The position numbers and the translations under genes were made by a program. DNA of 64,000 bases from Macrostomum lignano (lineage: Eukaryota). The number at the start of each line of letters is the position of its first letter. Position 1 is the stretch's first letter. Of the stretch, positions 45,402 through 59,165 are shown in pieces. The notes below the pieces were generated by a model that saw nothing but the letters and a program-made list of their open reading frames with translations, was not told the origin of the DNA and did not search any database. The DNA is taken from contig NIVC01000140.1 of assembly GCA_002269645.1 (NCBI GenBank), positions 496,001-560,000 of the forward strand. Direction: 5' to 3'.

Positions 45402-45741
45402 GCTTACTGAACAGCAGTAGGTAGCTGACACAGCCTACTGAACAGTAGTAGGTAGCTGACACAGCTTACTGAACAGCAGTAGGTAGCTGACACAGCCTAC
45501 TGAACAGTAGTAGGTAGCTGACACAGCCTACTGAACAGTAGTAGGTAGCTGACACAGCCTACTGAACAGTAGTAGGTAGCTGACACAGCCTACTGAACAG
45601 TAGTAGGTAGCTGACACAGCCTACTGAACAGCAGTAGGTAGCTGACACAGCCTACTGAACAGTAGTAGGTAGCTGACACAGCCTACTGAACAGCAGTAGG
45701 TAGCTGACACAGCCTACTGAACAGCAGTAGGTAGCTGACAC
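45402..45741. repeat. 31-bp minisatellite (CTACTGAACAGTAGTAGGTAGCTGACACAGC), about 11 copies
   Basis: Tandem periodicity. Confidence 0.95.
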
Positions 45742-46330
45742 TGCATCCAGCCGCATTTCACGTTGCAAAGCTGCGGCTCCTGAGATCTGTAGAGAGCTAG
45801 AATTGAGACCCTATTTGACTGTGCTAAAATTGCTGTACTGATCACTGATTGATTTTTTCGCACCTGTTGCAGCACCCTACCAGGGTCACTCCTGTTGTTT
45901 TGATAATTATCCTTTTCTCACGCTAAATATAGGCCTGACTTCCACTGTTGCTCATGCTTTCTGCACTACTCAATCCAGTAGTGTCACGCTGTGCATTAAC
46001 TTCTGGAATTTTGCTTCATATGTGATTTTTAGGTGCAGTCACAGCAGCATTCGCACTAAATGGCCTTGTCACCTTTTATTGTCTAATGTAAATTGAATTT
46101 CTGTCACGCCTCTTACACACCTGTCAAATTTTATTTTCAAGCTCAGAGTGCCATGGAGAGGCCAAAACACCGGCTTCTCGTGCGCGATTACCTGTTGGTG
46201 TCACTTTTGTGTGCAAAACTGACTTTCTGGCCAATGTTAACAATTATTGATTACTGTGATTCTCACTTTTTATTTCATTTTAGCCTTGCAGGGTACTTGT
46301 TCTGCGTTTTCGGTTGGCCTGCTGTTGTCT

Positions 46331-46855
46331 GGGGTCCTGGTCTTGGATACGGCACTTTACCATAGCAACCGGGGTTGGTCTTGGATACGGCACGTTACCA
46401 TAGCAACCGGGGTTGGTCTTGGATACGGCACTTTACCATAGCAACCGGGGTTCTGGGCTTGGATACGGCACGTTACCATAGCAACCGGGGTTCTGGTCTT
46501 GGATACGGCACTTTACCATAGCAACCGGGGTTCTGGGCTTGGATACGGCACGTTACCACAGCAACCGGGGTTCTGGGCTTGGATACGGCACTTACCATAG
46601 CAACTGGGGTTCTGGGCTTGGATACGGCACTTACCATAGCAACAGGGGTTCTGGTCTTGGATACGGCACGTTACCATAGCAACCGGGGTTCTGGGCTTGG
46701 ATACAGCACTTTACCATAGCAACAGGGGTTCTGGTCTTGGATACGGCACGTTACCATAGCAACCGGGGTTCTGGGCTTGGATACGGCACGTTACCATAGC
46801 AACCGGGGTTCTGGGCTTGGATACAGCACTTTACCATAGCAACAGGGGTTCGTGG
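46331..46855. repeat. About 40-bp minisatellite (TTGGATACGGCACTTTACCATAGCAACCGGGGTTCTGGGC), about 13 copies
   Basis: Tandem periodicity with 1-2 bp indels. Confidence 0.92.
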
Positions 46856-47369
46856 TCTGAGATGCGGCACTCTACCAGAGCAAGCGGAGTTTTCAGTTGT
46901 TTTGTACGTAAATCTCGGTTGCTATGGTAACCGTTCCTGCAGGTGCTAGTATTTTCCCATTATCCCAGCCAGTCAGTCGCGCCGTCATTCCCACGCTGCT
47001 AATTTCTGCATGCTCGCCTCAAGATCTCAAGCAATGCTGATCTCTCACCTGCCCGTGTATTAATTTGAGCATTCCGTTGGCATGGCAACGAGGGTTGCTC
47101 CCGCGCGGTAGAGGCGCTGACAGACGGGACAACCCCTGCTGCTGCAGCTGTCACTCAGTGTCCCTGACATTAGATTATTATTATTACTGAATCGCTAGAC
47201 TACACCGGAGCAGATCTGTTGCGATGTCTGCCTCGTTTGGCGGTAAAAATGTCTGCACGACCTGCCTTTGTTAATTTTATTTGCATGCAGCTTTGCTGCA
47301 GCTCGTGGGTTCAAATTAGTTTACTTTACTTTTTGAAAACTGGGCAGATATCCCTCCTAGCTTCGAATC

Positions 47370-48950
47370 CCACACCACAGTCCCCAACCACAACCCTAAC
47401 ATTCACGATCCCTAACCACAACCCCTAATCCCAATCCCCTAACCACTATCCTTAATCACAATCCCCAACCACAACCCCACCACAATCTCCAACCACAACA
47501 AGCAACTTGAGAATCCTCAACCACAATCCTCAAACAGAATCCTCAACCACAATCCTCAAACAGAATCCTCAACCACAATCCTCAAACAGAATCCTCAACC
47601 ACAATCCTCAAACAGAATCCTCAACCACAATCCTCAAACAGAATCCTCAACCACAATCCCCAACCACAATCCCCAACCACAATCCTCAACCACAATCCCC
47701 AACCACAATCCCCAACCACAATCCCCAACCACAATCCTCAAACAGAATCCTCAATCACAATCCCCAACCACAATCCCCAACCACAATCTCAAACCACAAT
47801 CCTCAAACAGAATCCTCAATCACAATCCCCAACCACAATCCCCAACCACAATCCCCAACCACAATCCCCAACCACAATCCCCAACCACAATCCTCAACCA
47901 CAATCCCCAACCACAATCCCCAACCACAATCCCCAACCGCAATCCCCAACCACAATCCTCAAACAGAATCCTCAACCACAATCCCCAACCACAATCCCCA
48001 ACCTCAATCCCCAACCTCAATCCCCAACCACAATCCCCAACCACAATCCCAAACCTCAATCCCCAACCTCAATCCCCAACCACAATCCCCAATCACAATC
48101 CCCAATCACAATCCCCAACCACAATCCCCAACCACAATCCCCAACCACAATCCACAACCCCCAACCACAATCCCCAACCACAATCCCCAACCACAATCCC
48201 CAACCACAATCCCAAACCTCAATCCACAACCACAATCCCCAACCTCAATCCCCAACCTCAATCCTCAATCCCCAACCACAATCACCAACCTCAATCACCA
48301 ACCACAATCCCCAACCTCAATCCCCAACCTCAATCCCCAACCACAATCCCCAATCACAATCCCCAACCACAATCCCCAACCTCAATCCCCAATCACAATC
48401 CCCAACCACAATCCCCAACCACAATCCCCAACCACAATCCCCAACCACAATCCCAAACCTCAATCCACAACCACAATCCCCAACCTCAATCCCCAACCTC
48501 AATCCTCAATCCCCAACCACAATCCCCAACCTCATCCACAACCACAATCCCCAACCACAATCCCCAACCACAATCCCCAACCACAATCCCCAACCACAAT
48601 CCACAACCCCCAACCACAATCCCCAACCACAATCCCAAACCTCAATCCACAACCACAACCCCCAACCACAATCCCCAACCACAATCCCAAACCTCAATCC
48701 ACAACCACAATCCCCAACCTCAATCCCCAACCTCAATCCTCAATCCCCAACTACAATCCCCAACCTCATCCACAACCACAATCCCAAACCTCAATCCACA
48801 ACCACAATCCCCAACCACAATCCCCAACCACAATCCCCAACCTCAATCCCAAACCTCAATCCCAAACCTCAATCCCCAACCTCAATCCCAAACCTCAATC
48901 CCCAACCTCAATCCCCAACCTCAATCCCCAATCACAATCCCCAACATTCA
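47370..48950. repeat. 13-bp C-rich satellite (AATCCCCAACCAC) with variant units
   Basis: About 1.6 kb imperfect array; source of the spurious PNHNPQ ORF. Confidence 0.93.
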
Positions 48951-50132
48951 GTCATTCACCATCTGCAAGCACCACAGCCCCCAAACCGCAATCTGGAATG
49001 CCCCATCAAAATGCTCAGCTTCAATTGCACAATTGAAGTACCAATTAAAGTTCCATGCCAAATATTTCCAAATTGCAGCCATCTTGCTTGTTGCCTTGGG
49101 CAATGAAACTGACTGTTTTAATTTACAGTGAGCTTGTGGGCTAGGTAGAACTCACGATGGCTTGGGTACCGAGAGGACGGAGATGTGCTCATGCAAAATG
49201 GGCACCAATTTCTGTGCCCGCACAAATGATGCAGTTGAAAGCGCAATGGACTGGCAGGTCTGGCATTCGCTCTCTGATCTCCCCGGCTTTTCAGCTCATC
49301 CTGCAGCCCTGAATTCTGCAGCCTGCCGCGCTCAACTCGAGAAAGAACTGCCGAAGTGGATCCCGAGCCTGGAATGGGTGAGCTGAACTGCTTGCTAATT
49401 TATTTGAATTCTATTTAAATGCCTGCGTGCTACTGTTGAAGCAGCCAGCAGTAGTATTGATAGTTTTTGTTCCTATTTAATGACAGAGTAGGAAGATTCG
49501 GGGAATTAATTTCGAGAAATGAAATCTTAGGGGCGTCCTCTGGTCGCGCCGCCCCGTCTGAGCAACTGGTTGAAGGGGACCAAAAAGCACAATTTGCATC
49601 TCCAGGGGAGGCAAAATCCTGCCAAAACAAAAGCGGCATGCAAAGCCTTTCTGGCCGGCCCTCTAACCAGCTCAGCAAACGGGGCTTCCTGGTGGCTTCC
49701 GGTTCAAGTGCCAATTTACTCTGCGAGGAAACTCACGGCTGTTTAATGCGATTTCCAAGGCTATCGAGTTGCTTCAGGACCGACTCACCTTTCCTGTCTG
49801 TAGCTGCAGCTCCGCTGAAGAAGCCTTGGAGAGCCGCTCCGCATGGCCTTATCTGCCCCCGCCCTGCGCCTCACTCATATCGAGTTTCAATGGGCCGCTC
49901 CCGTTGGACCCCGCGACCTCCCCACCCTCCCTCTGAGGAGGCTCCCCACCCGCCATTCCCACCGAATGCAGCGAGTTCCCTTATTTGGCCAAATTTGGGC
50001 CATGGAGCCCTGGAGTCTGCACTCTGGATTCAGGCAATCCTCTGTGTTTTCAATGAAAAGGAGCAAACAGTCTGGCATCCCGGTTTTCGTGCTTTTTTCA
50101 ACTCTGACTTGCTTGATAATTTTGCTTGATAA

Positions 50133-50760
50133 TCTCTAACTATAAAAATCAAAACTCTGTCTGTCTGTCTGTGGACAAATTACTTCGCTATGGACTCCCA
50201 AACCGCTCAACCAAATTACACCAAACTTTACACCCACCCTAAACTTACTACGGAGAATGTCTTAGGCTACCTTTAAATTTCCTAGACTCAAGTCTTCCTA
50301 CCTAAAAGTACAAAAAACTGCTCAAAATGCGCGATTTTTTCACTTAATCCTCCATAGCGCCGCTCCACTTCTACCGATTCTCTTCAAATTTGACACAGAT
50401 AATCTTCAACTATTTTGGCACAATCATGTAAAATTTCGAGTCTCAAAGTTAATCCTGAGCGGTGCTGTGCACTTTTAAAGTTAGGCTGTTTTTTTCAGCG
50501 TAGCAACCACCCCAACCTCCGCCCGCCTGCCTCTCTTTCCCGATACCGATCTGGGCCCAGATGTGTAAAAGGGTTTCAAAATTGACTGACTTTCAGCTGC
50601 CATAAGTTTGCTCCACGTAAAGCGATTGACTTCAAACTTGACACAATTCTTCATTGACCCATTCTCTATCTAAATGTAAAGTTTCAACTCTGTAACTCAA
50701 CCGAAAAAGAAACTGTAAGCATGTGAAGTTTGTCTGCTTTTTCTGTTGTTTGTGCCACTC
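50133..50760 (+). mobile_element. Helitron/Helentron-like non-autonomous element
   Basis: Starts A|TCTCTAACTATAAAAATC, then (TCTG)n and AAACCGCTCAACCAAATTACACCAAACTTT, with two internal CGATT...TTCAAA(T/C)TTGACACA modules. The 3' boundary is uncertain. Confidence 0.45.
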
Positions 50761-51334
50761 ACTCACTCATTCCCCCAGAGCCAGACGAAGGGTCAGGCGA
50801 TAGGGCTCAATGTACATAGCGAATGTACAGTGTTTTGGAATAACTTTTTAATAGCCTTCTCTGTACCCCGCGAGTGGAGAGGCTACGTTTAGCCATAACA
50901 GTTTAGTGAGAAATTCTAACCACTGCTCTCCCCTCTGTATAGGCAAACTCTGCAGCAGTTTAACAGTGGATGGCAATTGGCAAATCGAGGCAATCCAGCA
51001 TGGTTTGTAAAAGCGAAATATTTATGAAAAGGCGATGCGATGCAATGAAATACAACCCTACTAAATTAGGCACACCATGGAAATTTTAAGTTTCTCTTAA
51101 AGTTTCTCTTAAACTTTGAAATTTAAATGGCCTAAGAAATGCGTATTTCCTTGGTTGTTAGACTGATGCAGACTGCAGTGGAGCTGAAGATACACAAATT
51201 CCTTTCAGGGCTGCAAATTGGCAAGAAAGATGACGTGATCAAAGCATGAGAACAACCATGAGAGTACTACGTCCCACAAACTGGCTTTCCAAGCAGGGAT
51301 GGGCAGACTTTTACCTCAAAGGCCAGATAAAGAA

Positions 51335-51717
51335 TCCAGCTCATAGCTGATGGCAGATGAAAGTGGAAAGAAGAAGGAATAGACGATTCGAAGAGAGGAG
51401 AAGCGACAGAGGGGATAAAAGAAAAGATAAAAGATAATAGGAGAGATGAGGGAGAGAGGACTATGAGAGGAGAGAGTAGAGAGGAGCAAGTAAAGAGGAG
51501 AGAGTAGAAGAGCGAGTAAAGAGGAGAGAGTAGAGGAGCGAGTAGAGAGGAGAGAGCAGAGATGAGATAGGAGAGTAGAGAGAACAGAAGAGAGGTTACA
51601 GAGACGAGAGGAGAGAGGAGAGACAAAGGTAGAGAAGTGAGTGAGGAGAAAGGAGAGGAAAGAGGAGAATTGAGAGGGGAGAGAGTAGAGAGAGGAGGAG
51701 AGATAAGAGAGAAAGAC

Positions 51718-51790
<73 letters not shown>

Positions 51791-52510
51791 CAGAGCAGAG
51801 AGAAAGCGCAGAGCAGAGAGAAAGCGCAGAGCAGAGAGAAACGAGAAGAGATAAGAGAGAAAAGATAAAAGAAGAGAAAGGAGAGATGAAAGAGCGGACG
51901 AGAGAGAAGAGAGGTGAGGGAAGAGACGAGCGACGAGGGGAGAGAGAAGAGATAAAACAAGAAAAGATCGATGAGAGGAAAGAGAGAGAGGAAAGAGGTG
52001 AGGGAAGAGATGAGAGAAGAGGGGAGAGAGGAGAGAGAGAGGAAAGAGTAGAGAGGAGAGATGAGAGAGTAGAGGAGAGAGTTAGGAGAAGAGAGAAAAG
52101 AATAGAGAGGACAAGGAAGAGACGAGAGAAGAGGGGGAGAGAGGAGAGAGGAGAGGAGGGAGAAAACGAAAAAGTAGAGAGGAGAGGAGAGAGAAAAGAA
52201 GAGGGAAGAGATGAGATAAGAGATATGAAAGAGAATAAAGATGAGGTAATATACGAAAGAAGATGGGAGAGAGGAGAGAGGAGAGGAGAGAGAAAACGAA
52301 AGAGTAGATAGGAGAGAGGAGAGCAGAGAGAAAACGAAAAGTAGAAAGGAGAGAGGAGAGGAGAGAGAAAAGAATAGGGAAGAGATGAGATAAGAGAGAT
52401 GAAAGAGAAGAGAGATGAAAGAGAAGAGAGATGAGGGAAGATACGAGAGAAGAGAAGAGAGAGGAGAGACGAGGGATGAGAGAGAAGAAAGGAAACAGAG
52501 AGACGATAGA
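51335..52510. repeat. About 1.2 kb polypurine (A/G) low-complexity tract including (GA)n
   Basis: Plus strand is almost exclusively A/G. Confidence 0.95.
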
Positions 52511-53184
52511 AATTTCAAAGGATCCAAAGGACGTAGGGAGAGTCAGGGAGAGGCCAGAGTTTGCCAATACATGTTTTAGAGTCAGACAGACATTGCCTGG
52601 CATTCTGTGGAGTACCCCAGCAAACAATATCAACGTTTGCCTCAAACCCTAATTTTACACGAATGTGCTCCATTTTATTTCTACCTCTATCCTACTAACA
52701 TTAATTTGTTTGTGTATGGCCTTAGATTTCAGAATACATGCAAAAGTAGTTCCAGGTATTGGAATTCCCCGGGTTCAAAATCCGCGGGTTTCAACAGCTT
52801 GTGCACAATAAAAAAGGCCTAAGGCTTCCAATCTGGACTCTCGGTCTAGAAGTCCATGGCCGGGCCAGGAGTTCTGCTTCTGCCGGCTCCCACGCCTCTA
52901 GAGAATGCTTTGCTTTGAAGGGCCGCACTGGCCTGGCAAAACTGGCTGGCTGACTGCCAAGAGCGGAGGCTAATTGAATGGGGGCTGGGAGCTGAGCAGG
53001 GCTGGGAGGTGGGGAATTGGGAGGCCGGGACTGAAGCAGCGGACTGCCGAGCTTCGGGATGCTGCCGGTCTCGCCGGGACGCCACGGTGGCCGCTTTTAA
53101 TTAGCGACTGTCGGCTGCGGAATTTCTATCGGATGGGCCGCCCTGCTGCACGGATCACAGGTCATCTGCTCTGCGTGCTGGCCC

Positions 53185-53802
53185 CAGAATCTCCCTGTGT
53201 TGCCCCATCGCTCAGAATCTCCCTGTGTTGCTTCATCTCTCAGACTCTCCCATCCCCATCAGAATCAGAAGCAGCCCCATGTCCCAGAATCTCCCATCCC
53301 CATCAAAATCAGAAGCAGCTCCATGTCCCAGAATCTCCCATCCCCATCAAAATCAGAAGCAGCTCCATGTCCCAGAATCTCCCATCCCCATCAAAATCAG
53401 AAGCTGCTCCATGTCCCAAAATCTCCCATCCCCATCAGAATCAGAAGCAGCTCCATGTCCCAAAATCCCCCATCCCCATCAAAATCAGAAGCAGCTCCAT
53501 CTCCCGGAATCTCCCATCCCCATCAAAATTAGAAGCAGCTCCATGTGCCAGAATCTCCCATCCCCATCAGAATCAGAAGCAGCTCCATGTGCCAGAATCT
53601 CCCATCCCCATCAAAATCAGAAGCAGCTCCATGTGCCAGAATCTCCCATCCCCATCAAAATCAGAAGCAGCTCCATGTGCCAGAATCTCCCATCCCCATC
53701 AAAATCAGAAGCAGCTCCATGTGCCAGAATCTCCCATCCCCATCAGAATCAGAAGCAGCTCCATGTGCCAGAATCTCCCATCCCCATCAAAATCAGAAGC
53801 AG
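53185..53802. repeat. 44-bp minisatellite (CCAGAATCTCCCATCCCCATCAAAATCAGAAGCAGCTCCATGTS), about 13 copies
   Basis: Units at 53548, 53592 and onward. Confidence 0.93.
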
Positions 53803-56800
53803 ATTTCTGTGTTTGCCACCAGTTTTTGTCCCAGAGTCTAAGTCATGGACTTCCGCTCCTATAAAATGCCTGGATCGGAAGGGCATCTGCTGTGTGATAT
53901 TAGCATTTTATAAAACTGCCCGTCCATATCTTCAAGCGAATGCTCTTTCGTCTTTGTAATGCCCAGTGCATGTGATTTTCGGAAACTCTTAGAAATATGA
54001 AAAGCAAAATCCGTGCTCACTGTAGTTAATAATCTGAAAGCTTAATCAAAGAATAAAAGCTTATCTCTGAATTGTAATTGAGAGAATTTGAGATAGTTTT
54101 GATTTTTTGTCACATATGACTAATTAAAGACGTCCCCGATTACTTGCTTCCAGTCCAAGTTCCTAAACTAGTAGTCCCTGATCTAGCCAGGCTCGAAAAT
54201 AATCGATAAGGCTCGCGGCATCTGCCTGCGCTAGGCGCCAGTCTCAGTGGTGTCACGGGGAAATAAACAAAGTCGCAGGGCTGCACAGTGGGAAAAATGG
54301 TTATAGATTTATGACCTCCCACGCATGAACAAGCTTGGTTATTGTATCCCCGGGTCTTTGTTATTCAGCCCTCGGCTGGGAGAGGCAGCTGAAGTGGGCT
54401 GGGCTGACCAACTCCATGGCACTCCAGCTGTCTGTTTACTTGGTTTTTACTATGCGAACTGGAACCGTCATACATTCCTATATAGTACTCCAAGTAAGCA
54501 CATTCGCGCCACCGTACTGTTGCTAAGTAGCGTCAATTTCGGCCCCGATTTCACTCGCACCGCAGTCCCTATCAGGCCCGGCAATCTGCCGCCGCTGCCC
54601 GCTTCCTGTCGCCAGCAGCCAGCCAGTGAACTGTCTCGGCCTCGGCTTTCACGGCTTTCACACCGAAATTGGTCAGCGAGATGTCAAACCAAAGGCATCT
54701 CTCGCACAATTTGGGCCCAATTGGGGTGGCACTGATTTGAATCTGAGCGCTGCCGCTTCTGTTTACACAGATGGGCCTGCGGGGCCCTGCAGTCACGCGG
54801 CAGCGGCGTGGCGGCCCAGGGCCTGCGGTGGCCCGCTGAACTGCCTGCCCTCCCAGTCAGTCATGCTTGTGGGGGGGAAGGAATGTATGGGGATGGCGGG
54901 TCCGGAATATGGGTTAAATTGGGAGGGGGAATATTGGCCAGTTTTGCGCAGGGGATGCGTGGCAGCGCACAGACAGTGGCTGGCCGCTCGCACCCGAGTG
55001 CGCCGCATCCCGTATCGATCGGGGGGAGCGGAGGCCTCTGCGTGTTTTTTTGCTTCAAGACGAAGCTGAGGGGAGGGCACAGGGCAGGCATGCGTCACCG
55101 CGAGTGACCGCAGTTTTGGTTTCTAATTTCTACGGTATGCTCTGCAGTGCCAACCTGCCGACTGATTCGGCCTCACTGACTCTCTGATTCTTAATTCTCA
55201 ATCCCAGAGCCTCCGAGACCGCAAGTGGGATTGATGCGATGGGGAAGAGTCTGGGCGAGGGCCTCGCTGCTCAGCGCGGCCAGAGAACATACTTCTTTAC
55301 ATTCCATGGTCAGGTGCGCTGGGCTGGCGGCATGCGGATGCAAAGAAGCACGTCCCCTGGAGGCGGCGCTCCTCTGGCCGGAAGTGGGGGATCTGGGATT
55401 CGGGCCTGGCTGCTCTCTCTCCCTGGCGTCCGAGGCTTCGGTCCGTGGGCTTCCTCCGCTGTTTTATAGCCCGCTTCATCTCCTGCCCCTCTCCCGAATT
55501 CCCGGCCTGGGGTGGCGGAGTTACCTGCCGCCTTCCATTGGGCGGAATGCTACTGGCATTATAGGCATAGGTGTCTGCCTTGTCTGTCGCACTGCGCCCC
55601 AAAACTTCCCCTATCTGCTTCCTTCCCAGCCCAGCGCTTCCCCATTTTCCCATAACTTCCCAAACTAGTTTTACAAACTGTTCAGATAAGGTGAAGAGGC
55701 GGGCGGGCTGTGCGCGGGATCCCCTGGGGAAGGCAGCTGGCCAAGGAGGTTCAAGCAAGGACATTTAGAACTGGGTTGTGTCTGTTGCTGTCTTTGTTTC
55801 TGCTTTTGGTTTTATTATTATAGTGTAGCATAAGTATAGAGCAATTTGGCATCTCACAGCCGTGAGCAAGCAGCTCAGGAATTCTCTTACCGGTGCGGCC
55901 CCGTCAGTCTGCAGCGGCTCCATCCAGCCCGCCTGTCCGCAGCTGCCGCGTCCCAGCGAGCGCGCGTGCGTGCGTACAGCCCAGCCCGCCATGAGCAGCG
56001 GCGGGCTTTATAACACCGCCTGGGGGCATCCGGTCCCACCCTCTCTCTCTGGCCTCTATTCGCCCCCTGCTGCAGTTTCTGCTCCTACCAGAGTGCAGCA
56101 GCAGCAGCTCCGCCACCCCCTCCCGCTCGCCCCGAGTTATCGCGGAATCGCTGGCGCCTCCTCAGCCAGCCGCCTCCCCCCGGCCCCCAACCCCCGCTGA
56201 GCTGCCAATTCTCAGTCCAGAGTCCGCGTGTTTCCTAGAAATCAGTCTCGAGTTCTGATCGCTCTCGCGTCTGTTCGAAGCCACCTGCAGTTTTGAGCGG
56301 ACGTCAGAATGCCCAGCAGGGCCTGAACTTCTTTGAAAAGAGCTGGCAAAACTCCTCACTGCACAGGAGGTTTGCACTTTTATTGATGCGGCGACTTCAG
56401 AAATCGAGCCCGGGTCCTCCTTCAAGACCTGCGCACTTTAGTAAATATTAAGCTTAGCTGAATAGCAGTTCGAGCTTGCAGCAGCAGTACTGGACAGCAT
56501 GAGCCCGGGTCTCGGGCTTTGCCGTAAATTATTCAGCTCGGCCTGGTCATCTTCTGTTCCCTCCTCTCTTCAGCAACCGGCCTTGAGCTCCCCCAGCCTC
56601 CCTAACTCCCAGCTCCTCTCTGCGGCCCGATTTCTTGGTCAGAAAATCACTTGATCGATCAGCGAGGATGTAAGAGAGAGGGCGAGGGATTCGCCCGGCT
56701 CACTGATAAATTCATGCTGATGGCGCCGCTTAAGCCTGCGTAAATTGGAGCTGGGGATGGCGCTCTGGGACTGGCCTGGCATGCTCGGGATTTGCACTGC

Positions 56801-56812
56801 CGACTCTGCTTG

Positions 56813-57740
56813 TGTTCTGGGCCAGCCTGTGTGTTTCTGGGCCAGCCTGTGTGTTTCTGGGCCAGCCTGTGTGTTTCTAAGTCAGCCTGTGTGTTTCTGA
56901 GTCAGCCTGTGTGTTTCTAAGTCAGCCTGTGTGTTTCTGAGTCAGCCTGTGTGTTTCTAAGTCAGCCTGTGTGTTTCTGAGTCAGCCTGTGTGTTTCTGA
57001 GTCAGCCTGTGTGTTTCTGAGTCAGCCTGTGTGTTTCTGAGTCAGCCTGTGTGTTTCTAAGTCAGCCTGTGTGTTTCTGAGTCAGCCTGTGTGTTACTGT
57101 GTCAGTCTGTGTGTTTCTGGGCCAGCCTGTGTGTTTCTAAGTCAGCCTGTGTGTTTCTGAGTCAGCCTGTGTGTTTCTGAGTCAGTCTGTGCGTTTCTGA
57201 GTCAGCCTGTGTGTTTCTGAGCCAGCCTGTGTGTTTCTGGGCCAGCCTGTGTGTTACTGTGTCAGTCTGTGTGTTTCTGGGCCAGCCTGTGTGTTTCTGA
57301 GTCAGTCTGTGCGTTTCTGAGTCAGCCTGTGTGTTTCTGAGCCAGCCTGTGTGTTTCTGGGCCAGCCTGTGTGTTACTGTGTCAGTCTGTGTGTTTCTGG
57401 GCCAGCCTATGTGTTTCTGGGCCAGCCTGTGTGTTTCTAAGTCAGCCTGTGTGTTTCTGAGTCAGCCTGTGTGTTACTGTGTCAGTCTGTGTGTTTCTGG
57501 GCCAGCCTGTGTGTTTCTGGGCCAGCCTGTGTGTTTCTGAGTCAGCCTGTGTGTTTCTAAGTCAGCCTGTGTGTTTCTGAGTCAGCCTGTGTGTTTCTGA
57601 GTCAGCCTGTGTGTTTCTGAGTCAGCCTGTGTGTTTCTGAGTCAGCCTGTGTGTTTCTGAGTCAGCCTGTGTGTTTCTGAGTCAGCCTGTGTGTTTCTGA
57701 GTCAGCCTGTGTGTTTCTGGGCCAGTTTGTGTTTCTGGGC
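56813..57740. repeat. 20-bp minisatellite (GTCAGCCTGTGTGTTTCTGA), about 46 copies
   Basis: Tandem periodicity. Confidence 0.95.
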
Positions 57741-58337
57741 CAGCCCCAACCAGCAAAGCGCAGGCTGCAATGCTTTTGAAAACTTCATCAAAATTGAACG
57801 CCTTAGTAATTCAAGTTTCGCTTCTTGGCATCAATTAGTCACTTTGCCGCTGCGCTTCGGAGGTTCTGCTGCGCGAACAGCTTTGCAAGAGGCTGCAGTT
57901 GGCAAACTTTTTTTACAATTTGCCACTGGCAGGCAGAGTGTCCAAGATCTGCTGCCAGCCGCCTGCGGCACAGCCTGCAGCGGGGGCTGCGCAGAATTCG
58001 TTCAGCGCAAACTTGCCGCTTAATGCTGCTCCGTGTGTTTATCTTGCGGCAGATCTGCGAGCTTCACTTGTGTGTCACTGATACTGGCTTGCCTGGCTTG
58101 CCATTCCGCGGAGTCTGCGAGCGGCTTCGAACTTTTAGCCATGGCTTCATGGCCAGGGCTGGCCTTCTCAGTCCGTGTTTTACAGCTTTTATTGAATTCT
58201 CGGTCAGAGCTGCTCTGCTTCTGCAGCTCTCTCTCTCTCCATAGGGGTTGTGACAGCGGCATGTCTCTTGTGTTAGCTGAGGTCTTCAGCTCGATTTCTG
58301 AGCAAAATAAGAAGCAACGCTTTGATAGCCATTCATG

Positions 58338-58727
58338 ATTGAGACTCAAATTTGGCACAGTCCATATTGCCTGTTCAGGATTGAGACTCAAATTTGGCAC
58401 AGTCCATATTGCCCGTCCAGGATTGAGACTCAAATTTGGCACAGTCCATATTGCCTGTTCAGGATTGAGACTCAAATTTGGCACAGTCCATATTGCCTGT
58501 TCAGGATTGAGACTCAAATTTGGCACAGTCCATATTGCCCGTCCAGGATTGAGACTCAAATTTGGCACAGTCAATATTGCCCGTCCAGGATTGAGACTCA
58601 AATTTGGCACAGTCCATATTGCCTGTTCAGGATTGAGACTCAAATTTGGCACAGTCCATATTGCCTGTTCAGGATTGAGACTCAAATTTGGCACAGTCCA
58701 TATTGCCCGTCCAGGATTGAGACCCAA
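58338..58727. repeat. 42-bp minisatellite (GATTGAGACTCAAATTTGGCACAGTCCATATTGCCYGTYCAG), about 9 copies
   Basis: Tandem periodicity. Confidence 0.95.
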
Positions 58728-59165
58728 TTTTCAGGGGCGTCGTCACCGGGGGCAGGAGGACATGTCCCCCAGTAAAAGCTATGGGAGTGGCATGACAATG
58801 CTTTGTGCCCCCACCCCACCTTGTGAAGTTGATTGGTGATGGTGACCCGTTGTGGAAAGCGATAATCTTGTTTCCGGTCGCTAAAATATAGCACCTGCGG
58901 TACCAAAATGAGTGCCTGCGGTGCCAAAAAGCGCTGATAACACCGATTGTCAAAATAATGTACATGTAGGAATTTAGTATTCAGGTATATGAACGTGTAA
59001 AATTCTTTGCTTTGTCCCCCCCCCCATAAAATCCGTCAAGTTTGTCACAGTCAAGTTAGCGACAGTTGTGTGCGGAGGCCCAGTGACCAGAGCGTCACTC
59101 ACGTATCTCCGGGGCAGCCCTGCTCAGACTCAAACTCCCTCGCCGCCGCACCCGCAGAGTCGCAG

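Noticed and set aside
47370-48950. Interstitial telomere
   Set aside because: The unit is a 13-mer, not TTAGGG or another short telomeric repeat I recognise.
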